Source of the DNA: Oligoflexales bacterium
Lineage (GTDB): Bacteria; Bdellovibrionota_B; Oligoflexia; Oligoflexales; CAIYRB01
DNA: 34,298 nucleotides
Assembly (NCBI GenBank): GCA_041736175.1
Contig: JBGSUI010000195.1
Location: 1 to 34,298, forward strand
Direction: 5' to 3'
The translations under genes were made by a program, and so were the position numbers. Of the stretch, positions 9,845 through 18,511 are shown piece after piece. The notes beneath the pieces are model-generated. The model was not told the origin of the DNA, made no database searches, and saw nothing but the letters and a program-made list of their open reading frames with translations. How positions within the stretch are numbered: the first letter of the stretch is position 1; the number at the start of each line of letters is the position of its first letter.

Positions 9845-11335
9845 CTATCGACTGTTTGGCGTTAAAACATTAATGACTTGGTAGCTCCAGGGCCTCACGG
9901 AAGCTCTCCTGCCCACAGGGTCACTCTCTATTCTACCACTAGAAACACCGGCTGATTCGTCTGGACCGATGGGGCCGGAAGTTAGGTTCCTTAGCTCAAA
10001 GGTTGGACAGGAGGCCTCCCAAAAGAGCAATCCATCGGATAGACATGAGACATTACCGTCATATGTGACGATACGCCAGCGACAACGTTGGGGAGGGGGG
10101 ATCTTCCAAAGTCGAAAGAGGTCCTTGATTCTCATTTTGCGATGGTTGGCACAAAAAGTGAGTTGGTGAGGGATGGTTTCGATGCGGATTTTACGCGGAT
10201 TTATGGTTGAATTAGAGATTCTAACAAATACTTTCTGACTTTTGTTGAAATCAAGTAAGTCCCTCACCCCGTAGACCGCAGCACCGCTCGGCAAGTAACA
10301 AGTGATCGACGGTGCAGATAAGGTTTGTTGCATTTGCTGGCGTAAGGCTGGCTTCATGAAGGATTCATGAGATCTTTCGACGCACATTTCTGACCCAACT
10401 TGATTGAGCACGGCTTTCCCACCAGGTATCTGAATCTTAAGGGGGGTTGAGTTTTTTTGAGGACGATTTTGTTGGCTGACGACCTCCCTTAGCCAGGCGC
10501 GGGAAAGTTGGAGGGGACGAGAGTCTAGGGTTTGGTAGTGTCCTTTAAGTTTGGTCGCGAAGGTATTGATTTGGTCTGCGGACCTTTTGTCTGAGGCCAT
10601 CGTCGGGCCATGGAGATTTTGAGCTTCGAGAGCTAGTTCGGCAATTCTGCGACCGGCCCCTGGAAAGAGCTCTTCTAAAATCGGTAGGATTTCCCTCCGG
10701 ATTCGATTGCGCGCGTATCGTGGGCTCTCATTGCTTAAGTCTTTTCGGTAATTAGCAGACCATTCCGCCAACCAGTGAATCAATTCAGCCTTGGTGTATC
10801 CCAAAAGCGGACGCCAAAGGGGGGGGGTCCAAAACTTCATTCCAGCAAGGGAGCCGACAGACGTCCCCCGTGCCATCCGAAATAGGACGTTTTCGGCCAC
10901 ATCGTCCAGGTGATGGCCTAAGGCCACGACACCACCGTCGCAGACAAGGTCATGCCAAAATTGGCGACGTATGGACCGAGCCCAGTTTTGAATCCCAGTT
11001 TTTGGCGCATGACTAACTTTTAAGAGTTGAAAGGGGACTTCGAAAAAATCAGCAAGATCTTTCGAAAATCTAGCATCTAAGTCCGAGTCTTGACCTCGGA
11101 GTTGGTAGTTGATGTGACAAAGACCCCACGAGACCGTCGAGCCCCGAGTTTTCTGGTCCTTGACCCATTGATTAAGAGCGTAGACCAAGGCTGTAGAGTC
11201 AGGCCCACCTGAATGGGAGGCCCAGATCATAGGTGGTGATAGGTGGCTTGTTGAAATCCTCGCCCATTGCTGGCTGGTCACCCCTAGATCAAAGGGCCGG
11301 GGAGATTTTGAGGTTTTTTGGTGTGGGGGAGTCAT
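9845..11335 (-). CDS. tilS: tRNA(Ile)-lysidine synthetase
   Basis: SGGPDS PP-loop, HINYQLRG, GHHLDD, RPLL, DLSN...RNRIR, C-terminal IKDLF..WKIP motif; canonical position upstream of ftsH. Confidence 0.92.
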   Translation of the reverse strand: MTPPHQKTSKSPRPFDLGVTSQQWARISTSHLSPPMIWASHSGGPDSTALVYALNQWVKDQKTRGSTVSWGLCHINYQLRGQDSDLDARFSKDLADFFEVPFQLLKVSHAPKTGIQNWARSIRRQFWHDLVCDGGVVALGHHLDDVAENVLFRMARGTSVGSLAGMKFWTPPLWRPLLGYTKAELIHWLAEWSANYRKDLSNESPRYARNRIRREILPILEELFPGAGRRIAELALEAQNLHGPTMASDKRSADQINTFATKLKGHYQTLDSRPLQLSRAWLREVVSQQNRPQKNSTPLKIQIPGGKAVLNQVGSEMCVERSHESFMKPALRQQMQQTLSAPSITCYLPSGAAVYGVRDLLDFNKSQKVFVRISNSTINPRKIRIETIPHQLTFCANHRKMRIKDLFRLWKIPPPQRCRWRIVTYDGNVSCLSDGLLFWEASCPTFELRNLTSGPIGPDESAGVSSGRIESDPVGRRASVRPWSYQVINVLTPNSR

Positions 11336-11385
11336 CGATAAATACTTACAAGTCCTCAGGAAATTTTTTTATCTGAAAAAATCAT

Positions 11386-11412
11386 TTAACTCATTTCACA
11401 AAATTCCGTTGG
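11386..11412 (+). promoter_or_regulatory. Putative sigma28 (FliA) promoter of the flagellin pair
   Basis: TTAA-N15-TCCGTTGG; predicted start site falls at the base of a leader hairpin (11421). Confidence 0.55.
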
Positions 11413-11495
11413 TACCTTTGCAAGTTTCAGGGTGGAACTTGTCAAGGATTTAGGGTGTTAGCACCCAAATCCCAATCTATCAAGGAGGATTCATT

Positions 11496-12377
11496 ATGGG
11501 AATGCGTATTCGGACTAATGTGCCTAGTTTGATTGCCCAGAGAAATATGGAGCGCAATAACGGAGACTTACAAGCGAGTCTCGAAAAACTGTCTTCGGGA
11601 TATAGGATCAATAAGTCTTCAGACGATGCAGCCGGGCTTGCGATCTCTGAAAATCTGCGGGGAAAAATCCGCGGACTTAATGTCGCCAAGCGAAATGCCA
11701 ACGATGCCGTTTCGTTGGTTCAAGTCGCTGAGGGGGCGATGAATGAAATGAGCAACATCCTCATCAGGATGCGTGAGCTGACAGTGCAATCAGCAACGGA
11801 CACCTTAGGCGAACAGGAAAGGTCGTTTTTAAACAAAGAATATGTCTCGCTGGTAGACGAGATGGACCGGATCTCTAAAGCCACGGAGTTTAATAGTCGA
11901 AAGTTGTTTGATCCGGAAAATGAGTTGACTCAATATGTGATCCAAGTTGGTTATAACGGATCTGATCCGGCGGCCAATATAGATACCATTAGCCTCAATC
12001 TTGAAGGGCTCAAATTTAATTCTGAGACCTTGGGAATCGGGCGAGAAAGTGAAATAGGTTCCGTTGTCGTCGGAGAACAAGGTCCGGCTCGTGAAGAGAT
12101 TGCATCGAGGCTAGGTACGGTCGATCAGGCTCTCTACAGGTTGGCCTCAGAACGCGCAACTCTGGGAGCCGTTCAAAACCGCCTCGGATCTGCCATCAGC
12201 AACCTGGGGATTTCGATTGAAGCCCAAGAGACGGCAAAAAGTCGCATAAAAGACGTAGATTTCGCACAGGAAACGGCGAATCTGACACAAGCTCGCATTA
12301 TGACTCAATCGACGACGTCGGTCTTGATGCAAGCAAACCAAACTCCAGAAATGGCGTTAAGCCTGATGCGAAGCTAA
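11496..12377 (+). CDS. fliC: Flagellin
   Basis: EKLSSGYRINKSSDDAAGLAISE, RMREL, RATLGAVQNRL, SRIKDVDFA; AAGGAGG RBS. Confidence 0.97.
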   Translation: MGMRIRTNVPSLIAQRNMERNNGDLQASLEKLSSGYRINKSSDDAAGLAISENLRGKIRGLNVAKRNANDAVSLVQVAEGAMNEMSNILIRMRELTVQSATDTLGEQERSFLNKEYVSLVDEMDRISKATEFNSRKLFDPENELTQYVIQVGYNGSDPAANIDTISLNLEGLKFNSETLGIGRESEIGSVVVGEQGPAREEIASRLGTVDQALYRLASERATLGAVQNRLGSAISNLGISIEAQETAKSRIKDVDFAQETANLTQARIMTQSTTSVLMQANQTPEMALSLMRS

Positions 12378-12408
12378 CAATAACATGTGAATTCAAGGAG
12401 GAATTACG

Positions 12409-13341
12409 ATGGGATTACGAGTAAAAACAAACGTTGATTCGCTGATTGCACAAAGACGATTGGGTGAAAATCGCAAGAATGTCAGTGAATCATTAGAAAA
12501 ATTATCTTCAGGATTACGGGTCAATAAATCTGCTGATGATGCTGCTGGGCTGGCTGTTTCGGAAAGTATTAGAGCGCGGGTGGCTAGTTTAGGGGTCGCT
12601 AAACGTAATGCTAGTGATGGGGTTTCTTATATTCAAGTGGCAGAAGGTGGTCTTAACGAGGTCACGAATATCATGATTCGGATGCGAGAGCTTGTGACCC
12701 AAGCAGCTTCGGACACACTAGGTCAGAGAGAAAGAGGCTACCTTGATAAGGAGTTTGTCCAATTGCGACAGGAAATTGGTCGCATTGTCGATTCTACAGA
12801 ATTTAATGGAAGTAAAGTGCTGCAAGCCGGTGAAGGTGATCGTCCCATGCAGATTTTTGTGGGGGCTTCCAACCGAGGGGTTAATTCGATCGGCGAATTG
12901 CCAACGGTTGATCCCAACTACGATCCAGATGTGTTGACCATTAGGCTCGATGACTTAAGCGCTTTTCGTGAAGCGCTGGGGAATGTGGTGGCCGAAGATA
13001 TGGCGATTATCTCAGACCCCACCGCGATTGCATCGGCCCAAGAGTTAGGGCCTGCGTCAGATACCAACGATCTTTTTGCAAAAATAGATACGGCATTGAC
13101 TTCTATTGCTTCTTATCGAGCGACGTTGGGTTCGGTGCAATCAAGGCTTAATTCCACCCTTACAAATATAGATATCTCTTCCGAAAACCTTCAAGCAGCT
13201 CAGAGCCGGATCAGAGATGTGGATTTTGCCTCGGAGACAGCGAAATACACCCAGGCTAATATTCTTTCAGCAGCGGGTGTCTCAGTATTGGCTCAAGCAA
13301 ACGCTGTCCCGGAGGCTGTCTTGCAGTTGTTACGAAATTAA
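12409..13341 (+). CDS. fliC: Flagellin (second paralog)
   Basis: EKLSSGLRVNKSADDAAGLA, RATLGSVQSRL, SRIRDVDFASET, AQANAVPEAVLQLL; AAGGAGG RBS. Confidence 0.97.
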   Translation: MGLRVKTNVDSLIAQRRLGENRKNVSESLEKLSSGLRVNKSADDAAGLAVSESIRARVASLGVAKRNASDGVSYIQVAEGGLNEVTNIMIRMRELVTQAASDTLGQRERGYLDKEFVQLRQEIGRIVDSTEFNGSKVLQAGEGDRPMQIFVGASNRGVNSIGELPTVDPNYDPDVLTIRLDDLSAFREALGNVVAEDMAIISDPTAIASAQELGPASDTNDLFAKIDTALTSIASYRATLGSVQSRLNSTLTNIDISSENLQAAQSRIRDVDFASETAKYTQANILSAAGVSVLAQANAVPEAVLQLLRN

Positions 13342-13398
13342 GGGAGTCTATGGGTGTCGCTGGGCACCTCCTCTGGAAATCTAAGTTTTTGTTGTCAC

Positions 13399-13417
13399 TA
13401 AAGTGAAAAACACTTAA
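13399..13417. promoter_or_regulatory. Palindromic operator, NrtR-like (GT-N7-AC core), upstream of nadA
   Basis: TAAAGTGAAAAACACTTAA with AAGTG/CACTT arms, directly after a TTGTCA -35-like hexamer (13392-13397). Confidence 0.5.
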
Positions 13418-13467
13418 ATATGATCGTGTTTTTTAATTCAATGGATACCCTCCGGAGGTGCCCCCTA

Positions 13468-14553
13468 ATGGTAAATCGCCAGTTATTTCAGACGTATGAT
13501 TCGACCCTTAAGTACATGCAAGGAATGATGGCAGACCTGATTCCACCGTTTGAGCTAGTAGAAAAAGCGCGCTTAGTGGTCGAAATCGAGCAGCTCAAAG
13601 TCGAGAAAAAAGCCATCATACTGGGCCATAACTATATGGAGCCAGCGATTTATCATACTGTGGCCGATGTGACGGGGGACTCTCTCGAACTTTGCCGTAA
13701 GGCAGCAGAAACCGATGCCGAGACCATTGTTTTTTGTGGCGTTGAGTTTATGGCGGAAACAGCTAAAATTATCAATCCTGACCGTAAAGTCCTGATACCA
13801 AGCCAAAAAGCTGGGTGTTCCCTGGCCCAAAGTATTACGGCCGAAGATGTGCGGCTGCTCAAGAAAAAATACCCAGGGGTGCCCGTGGTCACCTATATCA
13901 ATACCTATGCTGATGTCAAAGCAGAAACAGATGTCTGCTGTACTTCTGGGAATGCATCGAGGGTGGTGGAATCCCTCGGAGTCGATACCGTTATCTTTAT
14001 TCCTGACGAATATCTTGCGAAGAATGTGGCTAAGGAGACGGGAAAGCGGATTATCTTTCCTATAACCGATCCTGTGAGAGGGCTCAGGGAAGGGGGCGGA
14101 GTCCAGACTACGTCTAGCCATGATGGATTGGAAAAGGTTTTTATAGGCTGGCATGGAAAATGTGAAGTCCACGAAAAATTCACGGTCGAAGATATCACCC
14201 GTATCAGAAGTCAGTTTCCCGATGTAGTGGTTTTGGCCCATCCCGAGTGTAGTCCCGAAGTGGTTGATGCATCTGATTTTTCAGGGAGCACTTCGGCAAT
14301 GATCAAGTATGTTGAAAAAAACAAAGCACCCCGGTATCTCCTTTTGACAGAATGTGCCATGGGGGACAATATCATGTCGGCCCATAGGGACCGGGAGATC
14401 CTCAGGCTCTGCAGCTTCCGATGCCCCCATATGAACCAAATCACCCTTCAGGAAACACGAGATGCTTTGCTATATGGTCGTTATGAGGTGAATGTCCCCG
14501 AAGAGATTCGGATCAAAGCAAAGGCCTCAATTGACCGAATGTTGCAAATTTAG
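13468..14553 (+). CDS. nadA: Quinolinate synthase A
   Basis: ILGHNY, GDSLEL, FCGVEFMAETAK, AGCSLA, YINT, CEVH, HPEC, CPHM (three Fe-S Cys); GGAGGT RBS favours ATG13468 over the ORF-track start 13420. Confidence 0.96.
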   Translation: MVNRQLFQTYDSTLKYMQGMMADLIPPFELVEKARLVVEIEQLKVEKKAIILGHNYMEPAIYHTVADVTGDSLELCRKAAETDAETIVFCGVEFMAETAKIINPDRKVLIPSQKAGCSLAQSITAEDVRLLKKKYPGVPVVTYINTYADVKAETDVCCTSGNASRVVESLGVDTVIFIPDEYLAKNVAKETGKRIIFPITDPVRGLREGGGVQTTSSHDGLEKVFIGWHGKCEVHEKFTVEDITRIRSQFPDVVVLAHPECSPEVVDASDFSGSTSAMIKYVEKNKAPRYLLLTECAMGDNIMSAHRDREILRLCSFRCPHMNQITLQETRDALLYGRYEVNVPEEIRIKAKASIDRMLQI

Positions 14554-15263
14554 GTTTTTTTTGAGCCATTTTTTTTAATTGGAAAACCCCATAGGGTTAA
14601 AAAGGGTAGGAGGACAAAAACAGCCAAAAAATTTGTTTTTTGGCCTTTGTCCGGCAACGCTCCTACAGAGCATCCAGGCGGTAATTTTGGCTGATCGCTA
14701 TCTAATGGATAGAGTCTCGTGATTGCGGCTTCGTCGTCCACGTCTAATGCAAAGCGATTTTTATCAAGTTGATAACTCATGATGGATTCGGGAATCAGAG
14801 AATGACCTAGACCGAGACAATGGCCGAGTTCGTGGAGGATGGTTTTACCTATGCTGCGCAAAGATAGATAGGGGTCAACCAGTACGAAAATGGTGCAATG
14901 GGCGGGGCTCGTTTGGTCAAAGGAGTCAAAAACCGCATACCCAGAAGATACATTTCCACCGTCAATTTGGGACGCTAAATTGATGGTGATATGCGGTGAA
15001 AAATCATGTTGCTGAGAATTAAAAGCCACTAGATTGATATAACTCGACGGGACTTGGGTCCAAAGAAAAGCGGCTTGTTCTATCACTTTGGCATATTCCA
15101 GGGGATTGATTTGATCATCAGCTAAGAATTGGTAGTAGATATCTGGATTGTCTCTGGGAATATTCCAACGCAAAACGCTGCCATCGTAGTCGACAGGTGT
15201 GGGGTATCCATAGAGAGATGTAGCATTAAATGTAATGATAAAAGACAATAATGTCGTAAACAT
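14550..15263 (-). CDS. Matrixin (M10/metzincin) zinc metalloprotease with C-terminal membrane anchor
   Basis: HELGHCLGLGH plus SIM Met-turn; signal peptide from ATG15263 (ORF track starts 15311); C-terminal GC, hydrophobic helix and Lys tail. Confidence 0.88.
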   Translation of the reverse strand: MFTTLLSFIITFNATSLYGYPTPVDYDGSVLRWNIPRDNPDIYYQFLADDQINPLEYAKVIEQAAFLWTQVPSSYINLVAFNSQQHDFSPHITINLASQIDGGNVSSGYAVFDSFDQTSPAHCTIFVLVDPYLSLRSIGKTILHELGHCLGLGHSLIPESIMSYQLDKNRFALDVDDEAAITRLYPLDSDQPKLPPGCSVGALPDKGQKTNFLAVFVLLPFLTLWGFPIKKNGSKKT

Positions 15264-15268
15264 AAAGA

Positions 15269-15766
15269 TCAGATGGGTACTGAAATACCGATCCAAAAGG
15301 GATAGGTCCATGTGACAGCTCTCCAGCGAATATAAACGATCTGTGTGGTGATATCGATGCGTAAGGCAGGGACAAATTTAGGAGCACTCAAGGGAAGCCA
15401 GATTGGCAATAAAGGGATGATCGTACCCCAGGTCATTTCAGTGATGGGGCCACCATTTGATCCACCTGCCCCTAGTTGAACAAAAAACTGCCAAAAGCAA
15501 CTTTCGTCGCAAAGGGAAAACCTTTTAAGTAGCACCGCTCCGGTATAGGGCATATTTCCAGCACTAATGCTTTGGTTTGAGAAAAGGCTGGCTTCCCAGT
15601 CGGTTCTACTAAGTTTTAAGCTGTAGATCTCCTGACCACCTGCATTGGGAGCAAGTGCGGTGGATTGGGCAGCGATCTGGTATCGCTCTGTTTTGCCAAA
15701 GATGGAGGACGAAAAAATCCAAAGTTCAAAAAAAATAATATATTTAAGAACGCTTTTTAAAACCAT
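15269..15766 (-). CDS. Hypothetical exported protein, possible small outer-membrane beta-barrel
   Basis: Signal-peptide-like N-terminus; alternating aromatic/Gly strands; ends FWIGISVPI; start overlaps the upstream stop. Confidence 0.6.
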   Translation of the reverse strand: MVLKSVLKYIIFFELWIFSSSIFGKTERYQIAAQSTALAPNAGGQEIYSLKLSRTDWEASLFSNQSISAGNMPYTGAVLLKRFSLCDESCFWQFFVQLGAGGSNGGPITEMTWGTIIPLLPIWLPLSAPKFVPALRIDITTQIVYIRWRAVTWTYPFWIGISVPI

Positions 15767-16443
15767 CGATATCCTAAACTGACTAAGTAAAAGCTAAAGG
15801 GCCAGGCAACATAGGACCCGAGCTGATCGTTGTCAAAAGAGCCTATAAACTGCATATGATTTAAACAAAGATCAAATGAGCTTATACTAACCTGGTATTC
15901 CATGGCAAATAGGCTCCCTCGCAGTTTATAGCGTCTAGAATCGTTTGTTTCCAAGGAAGTCGTCGTGGTGTAGCCATGGATCTGACCAGGTCCTATAAAG
16001 GCGTAAAGCCCATGACGTTTCGATTGCGTTAGCTTGCTGCCTACTAGTCCATAGGATCCTAAATCCTGATCTTCATATCCTTGGTTCGAAAACACCGGAC
16101 GTTCGAAAGCCCCTAGCCGCAGAACAATTCTCGAAGAGTCCGACTCAAGTGCCCCCTGGGCACCATAGATAGCATGGTAATAATGGCTTGCTGGTTGCTG
16201 CATGACGCCGGCGACCGATGCCACAGTCCACTGAAGGCTGAAGGCCTCCTTTGGGGTCAGGAGATGGTACATAATACAAAAAAAGCAGATCGGTAAATGA
16301 CTACGTAACAAGTTGGTCATGCCATCAATGGGGTTTGCTTGGTTCATAATCCCTATGGGTTGGCTTTGAAGGTTGGGGGTTTGCGATACTCTGTCGAAGG
16401 GGGTTATCCCTATTTTAGCATTTTTTAGGCGTGCAATGGCCAA
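15757..16443 (-). CDS. Hypothetical outer-membrane beta-barrel protein
   Basis: C-terminal YLVSLGYRWF beta-signal; amphipathic Tyr/Gly-rich strands; true start probably internal (for example ATG16320), ahead of the hydrophobic stretch ending EAFS. Confidence 0.65.
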   Translation of the reverse strand: MAIARLKNAKIGITPFDRVSQTPNLQSQPIGIMNQANPIDGMTNLLRSHLPICFFCIMYHLLTPKEAFSLQWTVASVAGVMQQPASHYYHAIYGAQGALESDSSRIVLRLGAFERPVFSNQGYEDQDLGSYGLVGSKLTQSKRHGLYAFIGPGQIHGYTTTTSLETNDSRRYKLRGSLFAMEYQVSISSFDLCLNHMQFIGSFDNDQLGSYVAWPFSFYLVSLGYRWF

Positions 16444-16563
16444 TAGGAGCTGGGTCCATTGTGGTCACTTGTAAAGAGTCTGAGCAGTCTATTGAAAAGG
16501 CTGAAGTACGACTAAAATCGATTGATTTCAGACGATTAGAGTCAATTGAAACTCATGTATGGC

Positions 16564-16579
16564 TGGAATAATCTTTGCA
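16564..16579 (+). promoter_or_regulatory. Putative sigma54 -24/-12 promoter
   Basis: TGGAATAATCTTTGCA (GG-N10-GC with TTGCA); one-mismatch IHF site at 16515-16527 upstream. Confidence 0.55.
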
Positions 16580-16681
16580 GATGATCAATCGAACAGCTAT
16601 TTTTAGCTGTGTTGTCTCTCGATATACAGATGTAGTGGGCGGATGATTGTAGTAGCTGAATGTTGTTGGTGTGAGGCAGTT

Positions 16682-17428
16682 ATGAAATTAGGGAAGATTT
16701 TAGTGAGTCAGGGTCGCATCTTGCGGATTCTGGCGGGGTTCTTGGTAGGCCTTATGTTGGTGGTCTCCTGGGTTTTTATCGATGGAGGACCGGCAGCAAT
16801 AGGCCAGGGGCTGCCAGATAGGATTTTAGTCCTAGGAGTCATTGCAGATAGCCGTCCACAAAGAGGGGTTGCTCTCGTCAAAGCTGAGGCAACATCGGAA
16901 ACCTATGCTGTCAGAGTGGGGCAAGAACTCAAGCAGGGAGTCGTACTCGAAAGTGTTGAAAGAGATTATATTTACGTAAAAATACAAGGTCGCATCGCTA
17001 AGATAAAGGTTGGAGAGCTGTTTAATGCCGACCAAGCTGGTTTAGCCGAGAGCGCGGCCCCCCCCCTTACTGAGTATTCGATTAGCGAAGGAATCGAGAG
17101 AAAAGGCAACGAAATCATTGTCTCTTCGACCCTTCGAGAGTACGTATCGGGACCATCACTCAGCAAAATACTGATGCAGGCAGCCGCAGTCCCCCAGTAT
17201 TTAAATGGCGAGTTAAAGGGATTTGGACTGTTTGAAATTGAGAAAGACAGTATTTTTGAAAAAGCTGGTTTTAAGAACGGGGATGTCATCATGGCTATCA
17301 ATAGCCAACATCTCAACAACGTAGGTCATGCCATTAAAGTACTCCATAGCTTAAAAACCGAAAATGAAGTGGAGGTAGAATTAGTGCGAGATGGTCAGGA
17401 GCAAAAACTTATGTTTCGCATCCAGTAA
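16682..17428 (+). CDS. gspC: Type II secretion GspC-like protein (TM, HR domain, PDZ)
   Basis: Single TM; LVLGVI...GVALV...YAVRVGQ...LESVERDYI HR-like pattern; PDZ (ILMQAAAVP...GELKGFGL...SIFEKAGFKNGDVIMAIN); GAGG RBS before ATG16682. Confidence 0.8.
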   Translation: MKLGKILVSQGRILRILAGFLVGLMLVVSWVFIDGGPAAIGQGLPDRILVLGVIADSRPQRGVALVKAEATSETYAVRVGQELKQGVVLESVERDYIYVKIQGRIAKIKVGELFNADQAGLAESAAPPLTEYSISEGIERKGNEIIVSSTLREYVSGPSLSKILMQAAAVPQYLNGELKGFGLFEIEKDSIFEKAGFKNGDVIMAINSQHLNNVGHAIKVLHSLKTENEVEVELVRDGQEQKLMFRIQ

Positions 17429-17457
17429 AGCTTTGGTACTAGACTTCTTTGTAGGAA

Positions 17458-18504
17458 TTAAGCCGCTTTTTTTAGGGAGAGAGTGTGTTTTTTTATAATA
17501 TCCAGGTCTAGGGCCAGTTTATCGAGTTCTTGCTCGCTTATTCCAAAACGATCGCAAAAATCTTTGAGAATACCTTGATCCATACGATGAGGTTGCAGCA
17601 TGACCCAGTGCATCATTTGATTGGATATGGCGATCACTTCGGCAATCGAGAGTCTCGTACCTTTACTATTAAGACGGTCATGGTGTTTGCGGGATGCCTG
17701 CATGACAAAATCAGGAAATCCCCACAGAGCTGCAGCGATTTCTCCTAGGATACAATGATCGGGAAATTTATAGGCATACTCCGCGACCAACCAAGTGGAC
17801 AAGGTCATGGGAGAGTTAACATCTCTAAGGATTTTATCTATGAGTGGCGGGAAACAAGTAGCTGTGACTAATTTTCCAACATTGCAGAGTGTTCCAGCCA
17901 AAAAAAGGTGGTCTTCGGGGACGTCAATATTAAATTTTTTAGCAATATACTCGGCAATACCGCCAATCAGAGTTCCCTCTGCCCAATAGTCCGCTATCTT
18001 AAAATCACTGGGTGGCATTTTAAAACTGTTAAGTGAAGCGGCGACAACGAGATCGCTAAATGCTTTATACCCAATATAAACAATAGCATGTTCAATAGAT
18101 GTGATGGCTGGATTGGTCGGATTGCGGCTTTTACGGATATTTTCGGCAATTTTGAGCAGCTGAGTTGCGAGGATGGGTTCAGATTTAAGCCTGTGGGCTA
18201 ATGTCTTAGGGGTGACATTGGGGTTCTCTATAAGGAGCTGAATTTCCATGATTGAGCTGGGAATGTGGGGCAGGTCTTTAAGGTTCCCCAAACTGTTAAA
18301 AACCCCCCGAGCCTCAGGGCTCATTATTTTCTCGGGGGAATACCAGTCAAACTTACCTTTTTTGATAAGAAGAGTAGAGCCACAAGAGCAATTAAACCAT
18401 AAATGCCCCGATGAGCAGACTCTCCAGCGAGAGGTGCCGGTTAAAAAATCAGACTCACCTTTATAAACACGAAGGCAAACACCACAGGTTGAATTTTCGT
18501 TCAT
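17458..18504 (-). CDS. HDOD-domain protein with N-terminal Cys-rich domain
   Basis: LPHIP, EPILATQLLKIA, ITSIEHAIVYIG, FLAGTLCNVGKL, DHCILG...WGFP...KHH; N-terminal CGVC...C...H..FNCSC. Confidence 0.85.
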   Translation of the reverse strand: MNENSTCGVCLRVYKGESDFLTGTSRWRVCSSGHLWFNCSCGSTLLIKKGKFDWYSPEKIMSPEARGVFNSLGNLKDLPHIPSSIMEIQLLIENPNVTPKTLAHRLKSEPILATQLLKIAENIRKSRNPTNPAITSIEHAIVYIGYKAFSDLVVAASLNSFKMPPSDFKIADYWAEGTLIGGIAEYIAKKFNIDVPEDHLFLAGTLCNVGKLVTATCFPPLIDKILRDVNSPMTLSTWLVAEYAYKFPDHCILGEIAAALWGFPDFVMQASRKHHDRLNSKGTRLSIAEVIAISNQMMHWVMLQPHRMDQGILKDFCDRFGISEQELDKLALDLDIIKKHTLSLKKAA

Positions 18505-18511
18505 AGGAAAA

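Noticed and set aside
17058..17066. C9 tract in gspC-like gene as a phase-variation switch
   Set aside because: Similar tracts occur in essential tilS (10819-10827) and alaS (28041-28048); all frames are intact
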